NCBI GenBank assembly: GCA_965242965.1
Contig: OZ251518.1
Span: 4,384,001-4,448,000, forward strand
Reading direction: 5' to 3'
Source: Candidatus Poribacteria bacterium
GTDB lineage: Bacteria > Poribacteria > WGA-4E > WGA-3G
DNA: 64,000 bases
The notes under the pieces: generated by a model
Databases searched by the model: none
Told to the model about the DNA's origin: nothing
The model's input: only the letters and a program-made list of their open reading frames with translations
Shown here: positions 40,255 to 51,286 of the stretch, piece by piece
Layout of the letters: each line of letters begins with the position of its first letter
How positions within the stretch are numbered: position 1 is the stretch's first letter
Program-made: the position numbers and the translations under genes

Positions 40255-43200
40255 TTACTCCCGCTGCTTGACTTCACCAAACGTTGTCAACGAACGATTC
40301 GCCGGCGAAACGGGACCCGGTAAGTAACGTGTCCGCAACGTCTCCGGCCGACCACCTAACGAAACCTCCTCGATCTGATAGTAATACTCAACCCCAGGCT
40401 TCGCAGACGTATCCGTAAACGTATACGTTTGACGCTCACCTGTCGTGCCGGCACCGGCGATGAGGACAGGATTCAAAAGCGTGAACCCACTCTCGCGTTT
40501 CAGACTCCGACGCAGATTAAATCCAGCGTTGTCGACTTCCGATTCGGTTGTCCATGTGACGACAACCGGACCGGCATCGGTACGCGTGAGGGTGAAACTT
40601 GACAATTCCACAGGCAAGGCACCACCTTGACGATACCCCGGCGTGCCGATGTCATCGGCATGGCCATAATGCAACGATTCAACTTTGAATTGGTTGAAAT
40701 GCGCCGCTAATGCCCAATTCGACTTCAGCATGCCATCGCGCGCCACCGCGCCTTTGTCATAACGACGGACGACCGAACTCCGCGCGCCATCCCTGCGATT
40801 CGTGGGCCACACCCACACCGGCGCGTCATCGGTGCGACGATTGTCATCGATGTTCCCGACCTCGTCTATCTTCGTGCCGTTTCTGTCAGACAATTTCAGA
40901 TAGAATCCCTCGCCACTCAAGAAGGTATCGCGCGCCGTTTTGATGCGCAGATTCTTCTCGTGCAGTTTCAGCAGGTTGTAAACCCGGTCTTCAGGGAAGA
41001 CATCTGCCGAGGAAGCGCGGGCATCTCCGGCCACTATCAAGAGGGTCTGATTCGGTTGAATCACCTTCTCTTCCAATGTCAACGTCACAATCGGTCTGCC
41101 AACCAGGTCGTGGGAATTCCGATTCTGAATCTCTAACTGCCAGCGATCCAGATTCAGTGCCTCGGTTTTCGACTTGTTATACAATTCTATCCATTGCGGC
41201 AATGTGCCGCCCTCGGAATCAAACATGATTTCGCTGATAGTCACTGCACCTTTCGGCGTAGATGCCTCCGTTTTGACAGCACCATTCGGATAGCCCGGTG
41301 TGCCAGCAGTGGCAGCCGACCGCGTCACTTTTCTATCATAGCCGATACCAGTAAACGCAGCTTCTGCCCAGGCATCTCGATGATACCCAATAATATCCGC
41401 TTTCGCGCGCTGCCAGACCTTGCCGGAACTTAGCGCGTCTTCGGTGGCATCACCAGGAGCCTCAAGCACCTGCAGGGGCCAGACATGCGTATCGTAATCG
41501 CCTGTCTCGTCACGGATGAACGCATCGGTATCACTGCCGCCGCCACCGGCGACATCGATGAATGCTTCATCCAAGCCGAGTTTCTTCGTTGCATTGCGGA
41601 GAATTAACAGGAATTTGCCATCATCTGGCAGTGAGAGGCCGTCATCCACTAAAGAGGCATGCGATAACCCCTTATTTTCTCCACCGGCGAGTGGTGTTTT
41701 GTCCGAAGGCATGTTGGTAATCAGCAACAAACTGTTTGCCGGCACACTCACATCGGAAAACCTAATGAGCAACGTATCCTCTTTTTTGCCATCGGCGACA
41801 ACGGAGAGCTCCCAGTCTTTGAGGGAGACATCCGAACCGGTGACATTGCGGAATTCTAGCCAGTCGTTTGTTGCATCACTGCCATTGCCGAGTTCGTTGA
41901 AGACGATGGGAGAACGCGGCACAGCCGATGCAACCGCCTTTGAGACAGTGTCATCCTGCGGGATGTAAACCACCGGGGTCACCGCCACGTCAAACGTTCT
42001 CGTCGGCTCAGTGGACGAATCCGGGACCGGCGCAGGCTGACCGGCAGCCATCGCCGGATCTGCCGTTCCAACACGCACAAGGCCTGATGCAGCCTTCAAC
42101 GTCGTCTCACGCGGAACAGCCAAACTGTTGATACTGTCAATCTCCACGCTAATCGATGCGGCAGGAGGATCGGTCGCTTGCAAGACATACACAAACGGCA
42201 CAATCGTCGAACCCGAACGCTCCTCGCCTTGCTGCCATGTGGCATGACGCGCATTGGCGGCCTCTCGCGCACCGAGGTAGATTGTCACATACGGCGGATT
42301 TTCGCCTTCATAAGTCAATCCATCCTGCGCAAACGGCACTTCAACGGTGATCTCGCTACCCGCAAGATACGCACCGCCTTCTGGCTCAACGACTTTAATC
42401 TCATCCGCATCTACCTGCACCGTGTCTACCGGCACCGTGACACTGTTCGATGCCAAATTGCCGATGTCAGTGTGGGCAAACACCGTATCTGCTGGCACTT
42501 GGAACGTCATCTCCCCTTTAAAGCCGAGCGCGGGCACCACCCTCACCTGATACCGCAACCACGCATCTGCCGCCTCGGGACGGCTGACTGTCACCGTGCC
42601 ACCCTCAACACCTGCCGACAGCGCAGTTTGCAACGTCGAGAGAAGCTCTTCGCTCGTCACATTATGATACGCAGCGGTTTTCCCGACTGCACCGTAGTCC
42701 TCCTGGAAGCGCAATGTCAACGTAAACGTCCCGGTTTGTGTCCCCGATGGCCCGTCTATCACTGTCATCGCGGCGACAGGGTCCTGCACTATCGTCGGAT
42801 AGTTGATAGCGCCCTTGGCGGTATCATACGTGGGCGGAAAGAGGTGAGGGAACTTCTTCGCCTCAACATCTTCCGCATAAAAACCAGGCGAGACAGTATA
42901 GTGCCGTATGCGACCATCTGAGACGATGTTATTGTACTGCAGATCGCGATCCTCCAACCCGTTATCAATTATTGGGAGGTAGTCAAGAAGACCGTCGTCG
43001 TTGCTGTCAAGGTCTGTCTTTTTGATGTAGTAAGGCTCATCAGCCTTATGGCCGCGATGGTATACGTTATATCGATCTTGAGGATTACCAGTATAAGCAG
43101 TATCAGGAGCCGTAGAAGTAAATTGCTTCCTGTGGTCACGATACTCCGTCCTCTTGGCGACATCCGTGCTCTCTGGGTAGGGGATGTAACCATTGTCTCC

Positions 43201-44706
43201 TGCCCCCTCTATAAACGCAGACGCGTCCATAAACTCTCCCCATCGCTTACCCGCTTTATGGGTCCTAGCATTAAATGGCACGACGATTCCAAACTCCTGC
43301 TGGTGATTGGCATCTGTCCGCTCGCGCAGGGTCTTGATCTCGGCGTATGTGCGAATAGCTTTGTGGTCCCTACCGGCATAGCGGCCGGCGGGCCTGCCAT
43401 TGAAATTAGCGTATTCGTAATTCAGACCGGTACTCGGCAAGTATGCGACATTGAACGGGGCCACGATAGTCCCATCCCCGGCCAACCACCCGGCTTTCTT
43501 CAGCCCATTCAAGGCATCGGCATGGGCCTTTGTCACCTTAAATTGGTAGACGATAGTATGGTAACCAGTCGCCTCGGGATGCCCCCACTCCTCAGCGGTA
43601 ACCGCATTGTCGATTTCTTGCCAGGCTACGCGGCCATCCTGTAGCATCCGTTCCAGTGGATAATTGGGATTCAGGATCCCGACATCCGGAATGCCCACGG
43701 CTGCAGTGATCGACCCGCCGGCGATGTCCAGATTGCCATTGCGCGCCCAGACAGTGTTTCGCGGGTGCAGCTTTTGATCGTGCTTGAACCATAAGGGCAA
43801 AAAATTCTCCTCCCAGTCGACCTCACGGGGCTCGCGACTGGGAGTGAATTTTTCGCGCCAGGGGGCATCAACGTGATCGGAGTCAGGCTCGAATACGGTG
43901 GTCCTAAAGAGTGGCGGATACAGTATAGGCTTCTGCCCAATCGGGGTAGGATCCCTTCTCTCACTCCTCAGATCAACGCCAGGCTTAGGATCTATGAATT
44001 CCTTTACCGCTTTATAGTTACGAAGTTTGACGTTGATGGCAATGGCGACGATATCCCCGGGGACTACCGTATTATTTTCCGTGGCGGTGACAAGCCCACT
44101 GTTGCCGGGTTTGTTCGGATCTACCAGCAGGCCGCCGCTCGTGGGATCGCTGGGACCCCCACCGGGATCGATATCAACCCAGAAGTAGGTATCCGGCCCG
44201 CTTGCCGGTTGCGCTGTGCCCTTCCAGAGCGGCTCATATTCCTTCCAGAAGGAGGGGAACAGCCGCGCGCGCCTGCTTTCAAAACCGGGCGGCGTAACAA
44301 CAGGATTCGTGTCAATGCCTTCCCTGTGATAGGTACCGACCTGCTGCAGCACTGGCCCTCCCGGCTTCGTGGGCTCTCCCGGCTTCGTGGTTTTCGGATT
44401 TTTATAGATGCGTATCCACTGAATATCAAAATGATCCGGCGCGATAGCTGTCAACCCGCCACCAAAGAAGGCATCAATACCCGTAGAATGCGAGTGGCCG
44501 TGTTTTGAATCGCTCGGCAGCGAAAGCGCTGTCCCATGCAAGGTATGGGCTTCCAAGGGCCGGTTCAGCCAATCATTATGCGGGACACCCTCGACGGTAT
44601 CATCTGCCTCATTATCGATATCGGCTTGCGTCCATTTGTCGTGGCTCTCTCCCGGCGGTGCAAGCACCGTCAGCAGCCCGAATGTGAGCAGCAGGCAGCC
44701 TATCAA
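40255..44706 (-). CDS. Large secreted/surface protein with two lamin-tail-like domains, Ig-like regions and an LPVELSSF C-terminal module
   Basis: IVFNEL..DWLEFRN and VTISEIM..QWIELYN domains; LPVELSSF..WTTESEVDNAGFN; terminal SLTTFGEVK. The likely true start (GTG 44939) is out of frame. Confidence 0.78.
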   Translation of the reverse strand: MIGCLLLTFGLLTVLAPPGESHDKWTQADIDNEADDTVEGVPHNDWLNRPLEAHTLHGTALSLPSDSKHGHSHSTGIDAFFGGGLTAIAPDHFDIQWIRIYKNPKTTKPGEPTKPGGPVLQQVGTYHREGIDTNPVVTPPGFESRRARLFPSFWKEYEPLWKGTAQPASGPDTYFWVDIDPGGGPSDPTSGGLLVDPNKPGNSGLVTATENNTVVPGDIVAIAINVKLRNYKAVKEFIDPKPGVDLRSERRDPTPIGQKPILYPPLFRTTVFEPDSDHVDAPWREKFTPSREPREVDWEENFLPLWFKHDQKLHPRNTVWARNGNLDIAGGSITAAVGIPDVGILNPNYPLERMLQDGRVAWQEIDNAVTAEEWGHPEATGYHTIVYQFKVTKAHADALNGLKKAGWLAGDGTIVAPFNVAYLPSTGLNYEYANFNGRPAGRYAGRDHKAIRTYAEIKTLRERTDANHQQEFGIVVPFNARTHKAGKRWGEFMDASAFIEGAGDNGYIPYPESTDVAKRTEYRDHRKQFTSTAPDTAYTGNPQDRYNVYHRGHKADEPYYIKKTDLDSNDDGLLDYLPIIDNGLEDRDLQYNNIVSDGRIRHYTVSPGFYAEDVEAKKFPHLFPPTYDTAKGAINYPTIVQDPVAAMTVIDGPSGTQTGTFTLTLRFQEDYGAVGKTAAYHNVTSEELLSTLQTALSAGVEGGTVTVSRPEAADAWLRYQVRVVPALGFKGEMTFQVPADTVFAHTDIGNLASNSVTVPVDTVQVDADEIKVVEPEGGAYLAGSEITVEVPFAQDGLTYEGENPPYVTIYLGAREAANARHATWQQGEERSGSTIVPFVYVLQATDPPAASISVEIDSINSLAVPRETTLKAASGLVRVGTADPAMAAGQPAPVPDSSTEPTRTFDVAVTPVVYIPQDDTVSKAVASAVPRSPIVFNELGNGSDATNDWLEFRNVTGSDVSLKDWELSVVADGKKEDTLLIRFSDVSVPANSLLLITNMPSDKTPLAGGENKGLSHASLVDDGLSLPDDGKFLLILRNATKKLGLDEAFIDVAGGGGSDTDAFIRDETGDYDTHVWPLQVLEAPGDATEDALSSGKVWQRAKADIIGYHRDAWAEAAFTGIGYDRKVTRSAATAGTPGYPNGAVKTEASTPKGAVTISEIMFDSEGGTLPQWIELYNKSKTEALNLDRWQLEIQNRNSHDLVGRPIVTLTLEEKVIQPNQTLLIVAGDARASSADVFPEDRVYNLLKLHEKNLRIKTARDTFLSGEGFYLKLSDRNGTKIDEVGNIDDNRRTDDAPVWVWPTNRRDGARSSVVRRYDKGAVARDGMLKSNWALAAHFNQFKVESLHYGHADDIGTPGYRQGGALPVELSSFTLTRTDAGPVVVTWTTESEVDNAGFNLRRSLKRESGFTLLNPVLIAGAGTTGERQTYTFTDTSAKPGVEYYYQIEEVSLGGRPETLRTRYLPGPVSPANRSLTTFGEVKQRE

Positions 44707-44799
44707 AACGGAAGGAATGCGCGCGGCGGACCGCGGTTGTCCCCCGTCCTTCTGCGCCTTCCTGCGGAGAGCCGCAGGAGTTAACGCGCGTAGATGAGA

Positions 44800-44806
44800 G
44801 GGGGGG
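44800..44806 (-). other. C7 homopolymer at the frame junction of the surface-protein gene
   Basis: Lies in the 40-nt window where both the GTG-44939 frame and the main ORF frame are open. Confidence 0.65.
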
Positions 44807-44995
44807 TCTTCAGGTTGGATGCGTCACCGGCGGGCGCAAGCGCGCGGAATCTTTGCAGCGGGTGCTGCAATAGCGCGGTGACGGTAGGTTTCAGGCGGGC
44901 GGCAATGCCCGCGAAAATTGAAAACAATAGGAATCTCACTGTTTTTTCTCCTTTAAATTGGCGTAAAAATTGATTGAAAATTAAACACTGTCTTA

Positions 44996-45024
44996 ATTAT
45001 ACCATTTTTTTACGTTTTTGTCAA
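44996..45024 (-). promoter_or_regulatory. Consensus sigma70 promoter
   Basis: TTGACA-17 bp-TATAAT with extended TG, upstream of AAGGAG-N8-GTG at 44939. Confidence 0.8.
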
Positions 45025-45045
45025 ATTAAAAATTATGAGCAAGGA

Positions 45046-45428
45046 GCAGGATTTTCAAGATTGAGCAGGATTTACACGATTTTCACGATTAGGCAAGATT
45101 TTTTGGTTCTGATGCCTTGAATACCCCGTGGCCTGCCAAAACGATGCCGGTGCATCAGAGCCCTAATCCTGTGAAATCTTGTGAAATCTTGTAAATCCTG
45201 CTTCAGACGATTGGCATGGCGAGGGACAGGCCCTCGCCCTACGGGCCGCGACACGTTGTTTTCACCGTAGCGCGGGGGCCTGTCCCCCGCGATCGTTCAC
45301 GTGCCCCAGTGACTGTAGTTCGGGAGCGCCTGCTCCCGAACGGGTCAAGAGCAGGTGCTCTTGACCTACAGACGCGATGCGCGTTCGCGTACCCGATGGC
45401 ATGGCGAGGGACAGGCCCTCGCCCTACA
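45046..45428. repeat. GATT/AATC inverted short-unit element plus REP cluster
   Basis: CAnGATT units at 45046-45100 and AATC(C/T)TG units at 45165-45201, followed by GTAG hairpins. Confidence 0.82.
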
Positions 45429-45436
45429 GTGGCGTT

Positions 45437-46324
45437 CTATCGGCGAGACAAATACGCCGACAGCGCGTAATCAAACGGCGTTGACGTATCCATCTGCACA
45501 TAATCGATTTGGCTGCCGCCGCACCCGCGGCGATAACTCTGGATAAACGCGTTCAGTTTCTCAAGATACGCCGCCTTTAACGTATCCGCCTGCGTTGACA
45601 GCGTCTGTCCCGTCTCCATGTCCCGAAAAACGACAGAACCTTCATAAGGAAAAGTCAACTCCGCTGCATCTAGCAGATGGAAAACGATGACTTCGTGCTT
45701 CTGATGCCGCAGATGTTTCAACGCGGATATGACTTGAGTCGGCTCATCAAGCAGGTCGGAAATGACGATGACGAGCCCGCGCCGCACAATCCGCTTGGCT
45801 AGTTCATGGAAAAGACTGCTCAAGTTAGTCTCTTCGCCCGGTTGTGCATTTTCTAAAGCGGACATGATTGCCCGCAGATGCGTCGCCGCACCCCTCGGTG
45901 GGATATACTCGGCGATGTCCGTGTTGAAGAGTGCCAAGCCGACAGAATCCCGCTGCTTCAGCATGAGATACGTCAACGATGCAGCGAGATAACAGCCGTA
46001 TTCAAACTTGGAGAGCGTCTCGTCGCTGTGTTTGTATGCCATTGACGCGCTGGTGTCAAGCAGGAGATACGCGCGCAGGTTCGTCTCCTCTTCAAACTTT
46101 TTGATATAAAACCGGTCGGATTTTCCGTAGACTTTCCAGTCAATGTAGCGGATTTCGTCCCCCGGCATGTATTGGCGATGCTCGGCGAATTCGACGCTAA
46201 ACCCCTGATAGGGACTTTTGTGGAGCCCAGTGACGAACCCTTCTACGACGAGACGCGCGACAAGTTCCATTCCGCCGATGCGAGAAAGCGCGAACGGATC
46301 GAGGTATTTGTGTGATGTTTGCAT
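45437..46324 (-). CDS. DUF58 domain protein (MoxR-associated vWA-like)
   Basis: GLHKSPYQGFSVEFAEHRQYMPGD..IDWK, LLDTSASM, VISD; start at ATG 46324. Confidence 0.92.
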   Translation of the reverse strand: MQTSHKYLDPFALSRIGGMELVARLVVEGFVTGLHKSPYQGFSVEFAEHRQYMPGDEIRYIDWKVYGKSDRFYIKKFEEETNLRAYLLLDTSASMAYKHSDETLSKFEYGCYLAASLTYLMLKQRDSVGLALFNTDIAEYIPPRGAATHLRAIMSALENAQPGEETNLSSLFHELAKRIVRRGLVIVISDLLDEPTQVISALKHLRHQKHEVIVFHLLDAAELTFPYEGSVVFRDMETGQTLSTQADTLKAAYLEKLNAFIQSYRRGCGGSQIDYVQMDTSTPFDYALSAYLSRR

Positions 46325-46335
46325 ATTTTTAACAT

Positions 46336-46560
46336 CGCGAGGGACAGGCCCTCGCGCTACGGTTGTCGAGAGCATTGCGAGGGACAGGCCCTCGCGCTAC
46401 GGTTGTCGAGAGCATCGCGAGGGACAGGCCCTCGCGCTACGGTTGTTGAGAGCAATCGCGAGGGACAGGCCCTCGCGCTACGGTGAGCGAGCGTTCGCGA
46501 GGGACAGGCCCTCGCGCTACGGTTGTCGAGAGCATTGCGAGGGACAGGCCCTCGCGCTAT
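46336..46560. repeat. Six head-to-tail REP units of about 40 bp
   Basis: (C/T)GCGAGGGACAGGCCCTCGCGCTAC plus GGTTGTCGAGAGCAT-type linker at 46336, 46376, 46416, 46457, 46496 and 46536. Confidence 0.92.
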
Positions 46561-49500
46561 GGGCTCAGGAGTGGCTTAAGTCTGCGGCGCGCGGTGTCTA
46601 TATCAATGCCGCTGCGTTCAGCGTAATCTGCCACCTGGTCTTCCCCAATTCTGCCGATGCTGAAATACTTCGCCTCCGGATGCGAATAATACCAGCCACA
46701 GACGGATGCCGGCGGGTTCATCGCCAGATTCTCGGTTAATGTAATGCCGGTGTTTGCCTTAACCCCTAGGATATCAAACAACACCAACTTTGACGAATGA
46801 TCTGGACAGGCGGGATAGCCGGGCGCGGGCCGGATGCCTCTATATTTTTCGGCGATGAGCGCGTCCGCGTCCAGATTTTCATCTGTCGCGTATCCCCACA
46901 GTTTTAAGCGAATGCGTTCATGCATCCGTTCGGCGAACGCCTCGGCGAGCCTGTCCGCCAGTGCTTTCGCCATGATGCTGTTGTAGTCGTCGTGCTGGCT
47001 CTCAAATTCGGCGCAGAGTTCCGCTACGCCAATGCCGGTAGTCACGGCAAACGCGCCGATATAGTCGTCCACCCCGGTTTCTTTAGGTGCGATGAAATCG
47101 GCGAGACTCAGATTCGCTCTTCCGAAGGGTTGCTCTGTCTGTTGACGCAGGTGATGAAGCGTCACGGTTTTTTGTGGAACGAGCTGCATCGAGTATGAAG
47201 GTGCTGTCATTCTTCTATGGAACAGGCCGTAGTCAGGCACGAGGATTTCGGTATCTTCACCGACACTGTTCGCAAGGAAAATCCCGACAACGGCGTTCGC
47301 ACGGAACCGCTTTTCTTCAACGATGCGCGCCAGCAGTGCCTGCGCATCTTTAAAGAGTTTGTTCGCTTCCTCACCGATATCTGGATGCCGCAGCAGATTC
47401 GGGAATTTGCCGCGAAGTCCCCACGTCGTAAAAAACGGAGTCCAGTCAATATAGTCGACTAATTCCTCCAACGGATAATTATCGAAGACGCTAGTGTCCA
47501 TATTGAGATAGGGCTCAGGCGGTTGATAGTTTTCCCAATCGGGTGAGAATTTTCGTTGTTGCGCTACAGAAAACGGGAGGAGATTCGCTTGTTGTCGGTT
47601 TCTGGCGCGGCGTTCGCGAATCTTTTTATATTCGGCACGCGTCTCAGCAGTAAACTGCTCCTGTCTCTCACGATTCAGCAGCTGGCTCACGACACCCACA
47701 CTCCGCGAAGCATCCTTGACGTGAATCGTCGCGCCCTGATAGGCAGGTTCAATTTGGACAGCGGTATGCACCTTCGAGGTAGTCGCGCCGCCGATGAGAA
47801 GCGGGATACGAAACCCTTGTTGCTCCATTTCAGCGGCGACATGCACCATCTCGTCCAGTGACGGTGTGATTAAGCCGCTGAGTCCCACCATGTCGGCGTG
47901 CTCTTTCCGCGCCGTTTCCAGAATCTCCTCCGCCGGCACCATGACACCCAGGTCGATGACTTCGTAATTGTTGCATCCAAGCACCACGCCGACGATATTT
48001 TTGCCGATGTCATGCACGTCGCCTTTGACAGTCGCCATGACGATTTTCGCGCGTTTGGCATGCACACCATCGGCGGCGTTCTCAATGAACGGGATGAGTT
48101 GCGCGACAGACTTTTTCATCACCCGCGCGCTTTTGACGACTTGCGGCAGGAACATCTTGCCCGCGCCGAACAATTCACCTACCCGATTCATACCGTCCAT
48201 CAGCGGGCCCTCAATAACTTGAATGGGACGTTCGTATTTCAGCCGCGCCTCCTCTGTATCTGCCTCAATGAATTCCAAAATGCCCTCGACGAGCGCGTGC
48301 TGGAGTCTTTCTTCAACGGAGCGGTTTCGCCATTCCCGTTGTTGCGATGCACGGGTGGAAACTGCGCCGCTGGCGGCGAACGTCTCGGCGAGGGAGACAA
48401 GCCTGTCTGTTGCATCTGGACGGCGGTTGAGCAGCACATCTTCTACTGCTGTCAGCAGTTCTTTCGGCAGTTCATCGTAGACAGCGAGTTGCCCGGCGTT
48501 GACGATGCCCATGTCCATGCCGGCATTGATGGCGTGATAGAGAAACGCGGCGTGCATCGCCTCACGCACGGTGTCGTTGCCGCGGAAGGCGAAGGAGATG
48601 TTGCTCACGCCGCCGCTGACGAGCGCGTGCGGACAGGTGGCTTTTATCTCGCGGCACGCCTCAATAAACGCTTTCGCATAGTCGTTGTGTTCTTCAATCC
48701 CGGTGGCAACAGCGAAGATGTTCGCATCAAAGATGATGTCCTCCGGTGGAAACCCTACCTTTGATGTCAAAAGCCGATACGCCCTTTGGCATATCTCCAC
48801 TTTCCGTTCGTAGGTTTCCGCTTGTCCTTCTTCGTCAAATGCCATGACGATGACAGCGGCACCGTATCGGCGAATCTGGCGCGCCTTCTCCAAGAAATCC
48901 GCCTCGCCTTCTTTCAAACTGAGCGAGTTGACAACGCCTTTCCCTTGGACGCACGCGAGGCCTGCTTCGATTACCTCCCACCGGCTTGAATCAAGCATAA
49001 TAGGCACGCGGCTAATATCCGGCTCAGCGGCGATGAGGTTGAGGAACTTCACCATCGCTTCCTTCGCGTCTAACATGCCCGCGTCCATGTTAATGTCAAT
49101 GAGTTGCGCGCCGTTTTCCACCTGGTCCCGGGCTACTTCCAACGCCTTTTCGTAATTGCCTTTTTTGATGAGCGTCGCGAAGCGGCGCGAACCTGTCACG
49201 TTCGTTCGTTCGCCGACGTTCACAAAGAGAGAATCGGGGGTGATGTTAAACGCCTCTAAACCGCTCAGCCTGCATGCGCGCGGTTGTGATATTGGTTCGC
49301 GCGTTGGTTCGCCCAGGGCTTCGCACATTGGTTCGCGAGGCGCATACTCAGCAGCGACTTTAACGATAGTCGCGATATGTTCCGGCTGCGTCCCGCAACA
49401 GCCGCCGGCGATATTAAGGAAGCTGTTTTGCGCGAAATCACGAATCGCATCGCCCATTTCGGTAGGCGTTTGTGTATAGTGTCCGAGTTCGTTCGGCAAA

Positions 49501-50369
49501 CCCGCGTTCGGATAGCAGATGATAGGAACGTCTGCAAGCTTCGCCATTTCGGCGAGATAGGGCCGAATCTGCGCCGCACCGAACCCACAGTTTAACCCCA
49601 CCGCGATGAGATTCGCATGGCCGCCGGTAGGTATGTCCTTTCTGTCTCGGCGCGTATGCCGGATTGAATTCCAAAACGCTTCCACCGTTTGCCCGGACAG
49701 ATTTCGCCCACCGCCGCCGCTTCTATCCGAAGAGACGATGATAGGAATGTCCATCTCGCGTCTCTCGGCGAGCGTCTGAATGGCGAAGAGCGCGGCTTTA
49801 CAATTGAGCGTATCCATGACAGTCTCCACCAGCAGCAAATCCGCGCCGCCATCGATTAATCCTTCTGCTTGTGTCGTGTAGGCATCGACAAGTTGCTTGA
49901 ACGTAACGTTCCGATACCCCGGGTCGTTCACATTCGGCGAGATGCAGCAGCTGCGGTTGGTGGGCCCCATGCTCCCTGCGACGAAGCGCGGTTTTTCGGC
50001 TGATGTCCATTTATCGGCAACTTCACGCGCGATGCGCGCGGCAGCGTAATTTACTTGATAGGCGAACGCCTGCAGTTGGTAATCTGCCATAGAGACAGCG
50101 GTGCTAGTGAAGGTGTTCGTTGAGATGATGTCCGCGCCGGCTTGGCAGTAGCCGCTATGGATTTCGCGCACGACGTGCGGCTGCGTGAGAGAAAGTAGAT
50201 CATTGTAGCCTTTCAGTTCACTCGAATGGTTTGCAAACTGTTCCCCGCGAAAATCTTCTTCGGAGAGTTGATACGTCTGCAGCATCGAGCCCATCGCACC
50301 GTCAAGGACGAGGATGCGTTTCTTCAGTTGGTTTTTGATTGTTGTTATGCCTTGAGAAGGTATGTCCAT
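46557..50369 (-). CDS. metH: Cobalamin-dependent methionine synthase
   Basis: [31 protein letters not shown] (DxHxxG), [12 protein letters not shown]. Confidence 0.97.
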   Translation of the reverse strand: MDIPSQGITTIKNQLKKRILVLDGAMGSMLQTYQLSEEDFRGEQFANHSSELKGYNDLLSLTQPHVVREIHSGYCQAGADIISTNTFTSTAVSMADYQLQAFAYQVNYAAARIAREVADKWTSAEKPRFVAGSMGPTNRSCCISPNVNDPGYRNVTFKQLVDAYTTQAEGLIDGGADLLLVETVMDTLNCKAALFAIQTLAERREMDIPIIVSSDRSGGGGRNLSGQTVEAFWNSIRHTRRDRKDIPTGGHANLIAVGLNCGFGAAQIRPYLAEMAKLADVPIICYPNAGLPNELGHYTQTPTEMGDAIRDFAQNSFLNIAGGCCGTQPEHIATIVKVAAEYAPREPMCEALGEPTREPISQPRACRLSGLEAFNITPDSLFVNVGERTNVTGSRRFATLIKKGNYEKALEVARDQVENGAQLIDINMDAGMLDAKEAMVKFLNLIAAEPDISRVPIMLDSSRWEVIEAGLACVQGKGVVNSLSLKEGEADFLEKARQIRRYGAAVIVMAFDEEGQAETYERKVEICQRAYRLLTSKVGFPPEDIIFDANIFAVATGIEEHNDYAKAFIEACREIKATCPHALVSGGVSNISFAFRGNDTVREAMHAAFLYHAINAGMDMGIVNAGQLAVYDELPKELLTAVEDVLLNRRPDATDRLVSLAETFAASGAVSTRASQQREWRNRSVEERLQHALVEGILEFIEADTEEARLKYERPIQVIEGPLMDGMNRVGELFGAGKMFLPQVVKSARVMKKSVAQLIPFIENAADGVHAKRAKIVMATVKGDVHDIGKNIVGVVLGCNNYEVIDLGVMVPAEEILETARKEHADMVGLSGLITPSLDEMVHVAAEMEQQGFRIPLLIGGATTSKVHTAVQIEPAYQGATIHVKDASRSVGVVSQLLNRERQEQFTAETRAEYKKIRERRARNRQQANLLPFSVAQQRKFSPDWENYQPPEPYLNMDTSVFDNYPLEELVDYIDWTPFFTTWGLRGKFPNLLRHPDIGEEANKLFKDAQALLARIVEEKRFRANAVVGIFLANSVGEDTEILVPDYGLFHRRMTAPSYSMQLVPQKTVTLHHLRQQTEQPFGRANLSLADFIAPKETGVDDYIGAFAVTTGIGVAELCAEFESQHDDYNSIMAKALADRLAEAFAERMHERIRLKLWGYATDENLDADALIAEKYRGIRPAPGYPACPDHSSKLVLFDILGVKANTGITLTENLAMNPPASVCGWYYSHPEAKYFSIGRIGEDQVADYAERSGIDIDTARRRLKPLLSP

Positions 50370-50518
50370 AATTCACCTATTTTTTCACAATTGTGGTTGT
50401 GTATATACTATACCACGCGCGCGACGGTTTTGTCCACAAAAATCACGTAGGAAATTTGACATTCGTTCTGTTTTTGTGTTATACTACTATCAAAGAGCAG
50501 AACCGGAGGAACAAAATC

Positions 50519-51286
50519 ATGATTTCTGCGCGAGAGATTCAAGCGACTTGTGATGACATCGTGCGCGCATTTTCACCGCTACGAGTTATCTTGTTCGGTT
50601 CGTATGCGTATGGCACGCCGACAGAAGACTCTGATGTAGACATGTTTGTCGTCATGGAGGCACAGCAACCAGCGTGGGAGATGCAAAAACGGATTCCGCG
50701 CCGTATCCCGTTAGATTTACACGTTCGGTGTCCGCAGGATATCGCGTATCGTGTGGCGCATAATGACTGGTTCCTGCGCGAGGTGTTCGAGAAAGGCGAC
50801 GTGCTTTACGATACGGCGGCGGCACTGCCGCCGGTAGCACTCGCCGAGGATGCCTTGGTGCCGATTTGGGAGGAGACAGGGGTTATCAATCCATTGACAC
50901 TTGAACGGGTGAGGAAAGCCGAATCCGATTATGGGATAATGAAGTTAGGATTTCAGGCATTAACACCCGATGTCTACGAGCCGATTTGCTTCCACGCGCA
51001 GCAGTGTATTGAAAAATACCTGAAAGCTTGGCTGCAGGAGGCAAATATCCGCCCCCCGCGCACACATGAGCTCAACGTATTATTGAATCTGATCGTGCCG
51101 ACGCATCCCGAGTGGCGCGCGTGGCAAACGGATTTTGCCGACTTTCAACCGCATGCCGTGGATGTCCGTTACGAAAAATACTTTGCCACGGCGGTGCAGG
51201 TTGAACACGCCGTGCGTGTTTGCACCGAAGTGCGCACCGCTATCCGTGCCGTGCTCCAACTCCCAAACGATGCACCGGAGGAATAA
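50519..51286 (+). CDS. Minimal nucleotidyltransferase (MNT)-HEPN fusion protein
   Basis: LFGSYAYG..DSDVD, then FHAQQCIEKYLKA, RTHEL and VRY; ATG 50519 lies downstream of TTGACA-18-TATACT. Confidence 0.85.
   Translation: MISAREIQATCDDIVRAFSPLRVILFGSYAYGTPTEDSDVDMFVVMEAQQPAWEMQKRIPRRIPLDLHVRCPQDIAYRVAHNDWFLREVFEKGDVLYDTAAALPPVALAEDALVPIWEETGVINPLTLERVRKAESDYGIMKLGFQALTPDVYEPICFHAQQCIEKYLKAWLQEANIRPPRTHELNVLLNLIVPTHPEWRAWQTDFADFQPHAVDVRYEKYFATAVQVEHAVRVCTEVRTAIRAVLQLPNDAPEE

Noticed and set aside
46336-46560. CRISPR-like array (also 338-472 and 51478-51648)
   Set aside because: Linkers are short and mostly near-identical rather than unique spacers, the repeat is the dispersed REP hairpin, and no cas genes are present.
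50370-50460. SAM or cobalamin riboswitch upstream of metH
   Set aside because: The gap is short, holds divergent promoter-like boxes and lacks recognisable riboswitch cores.
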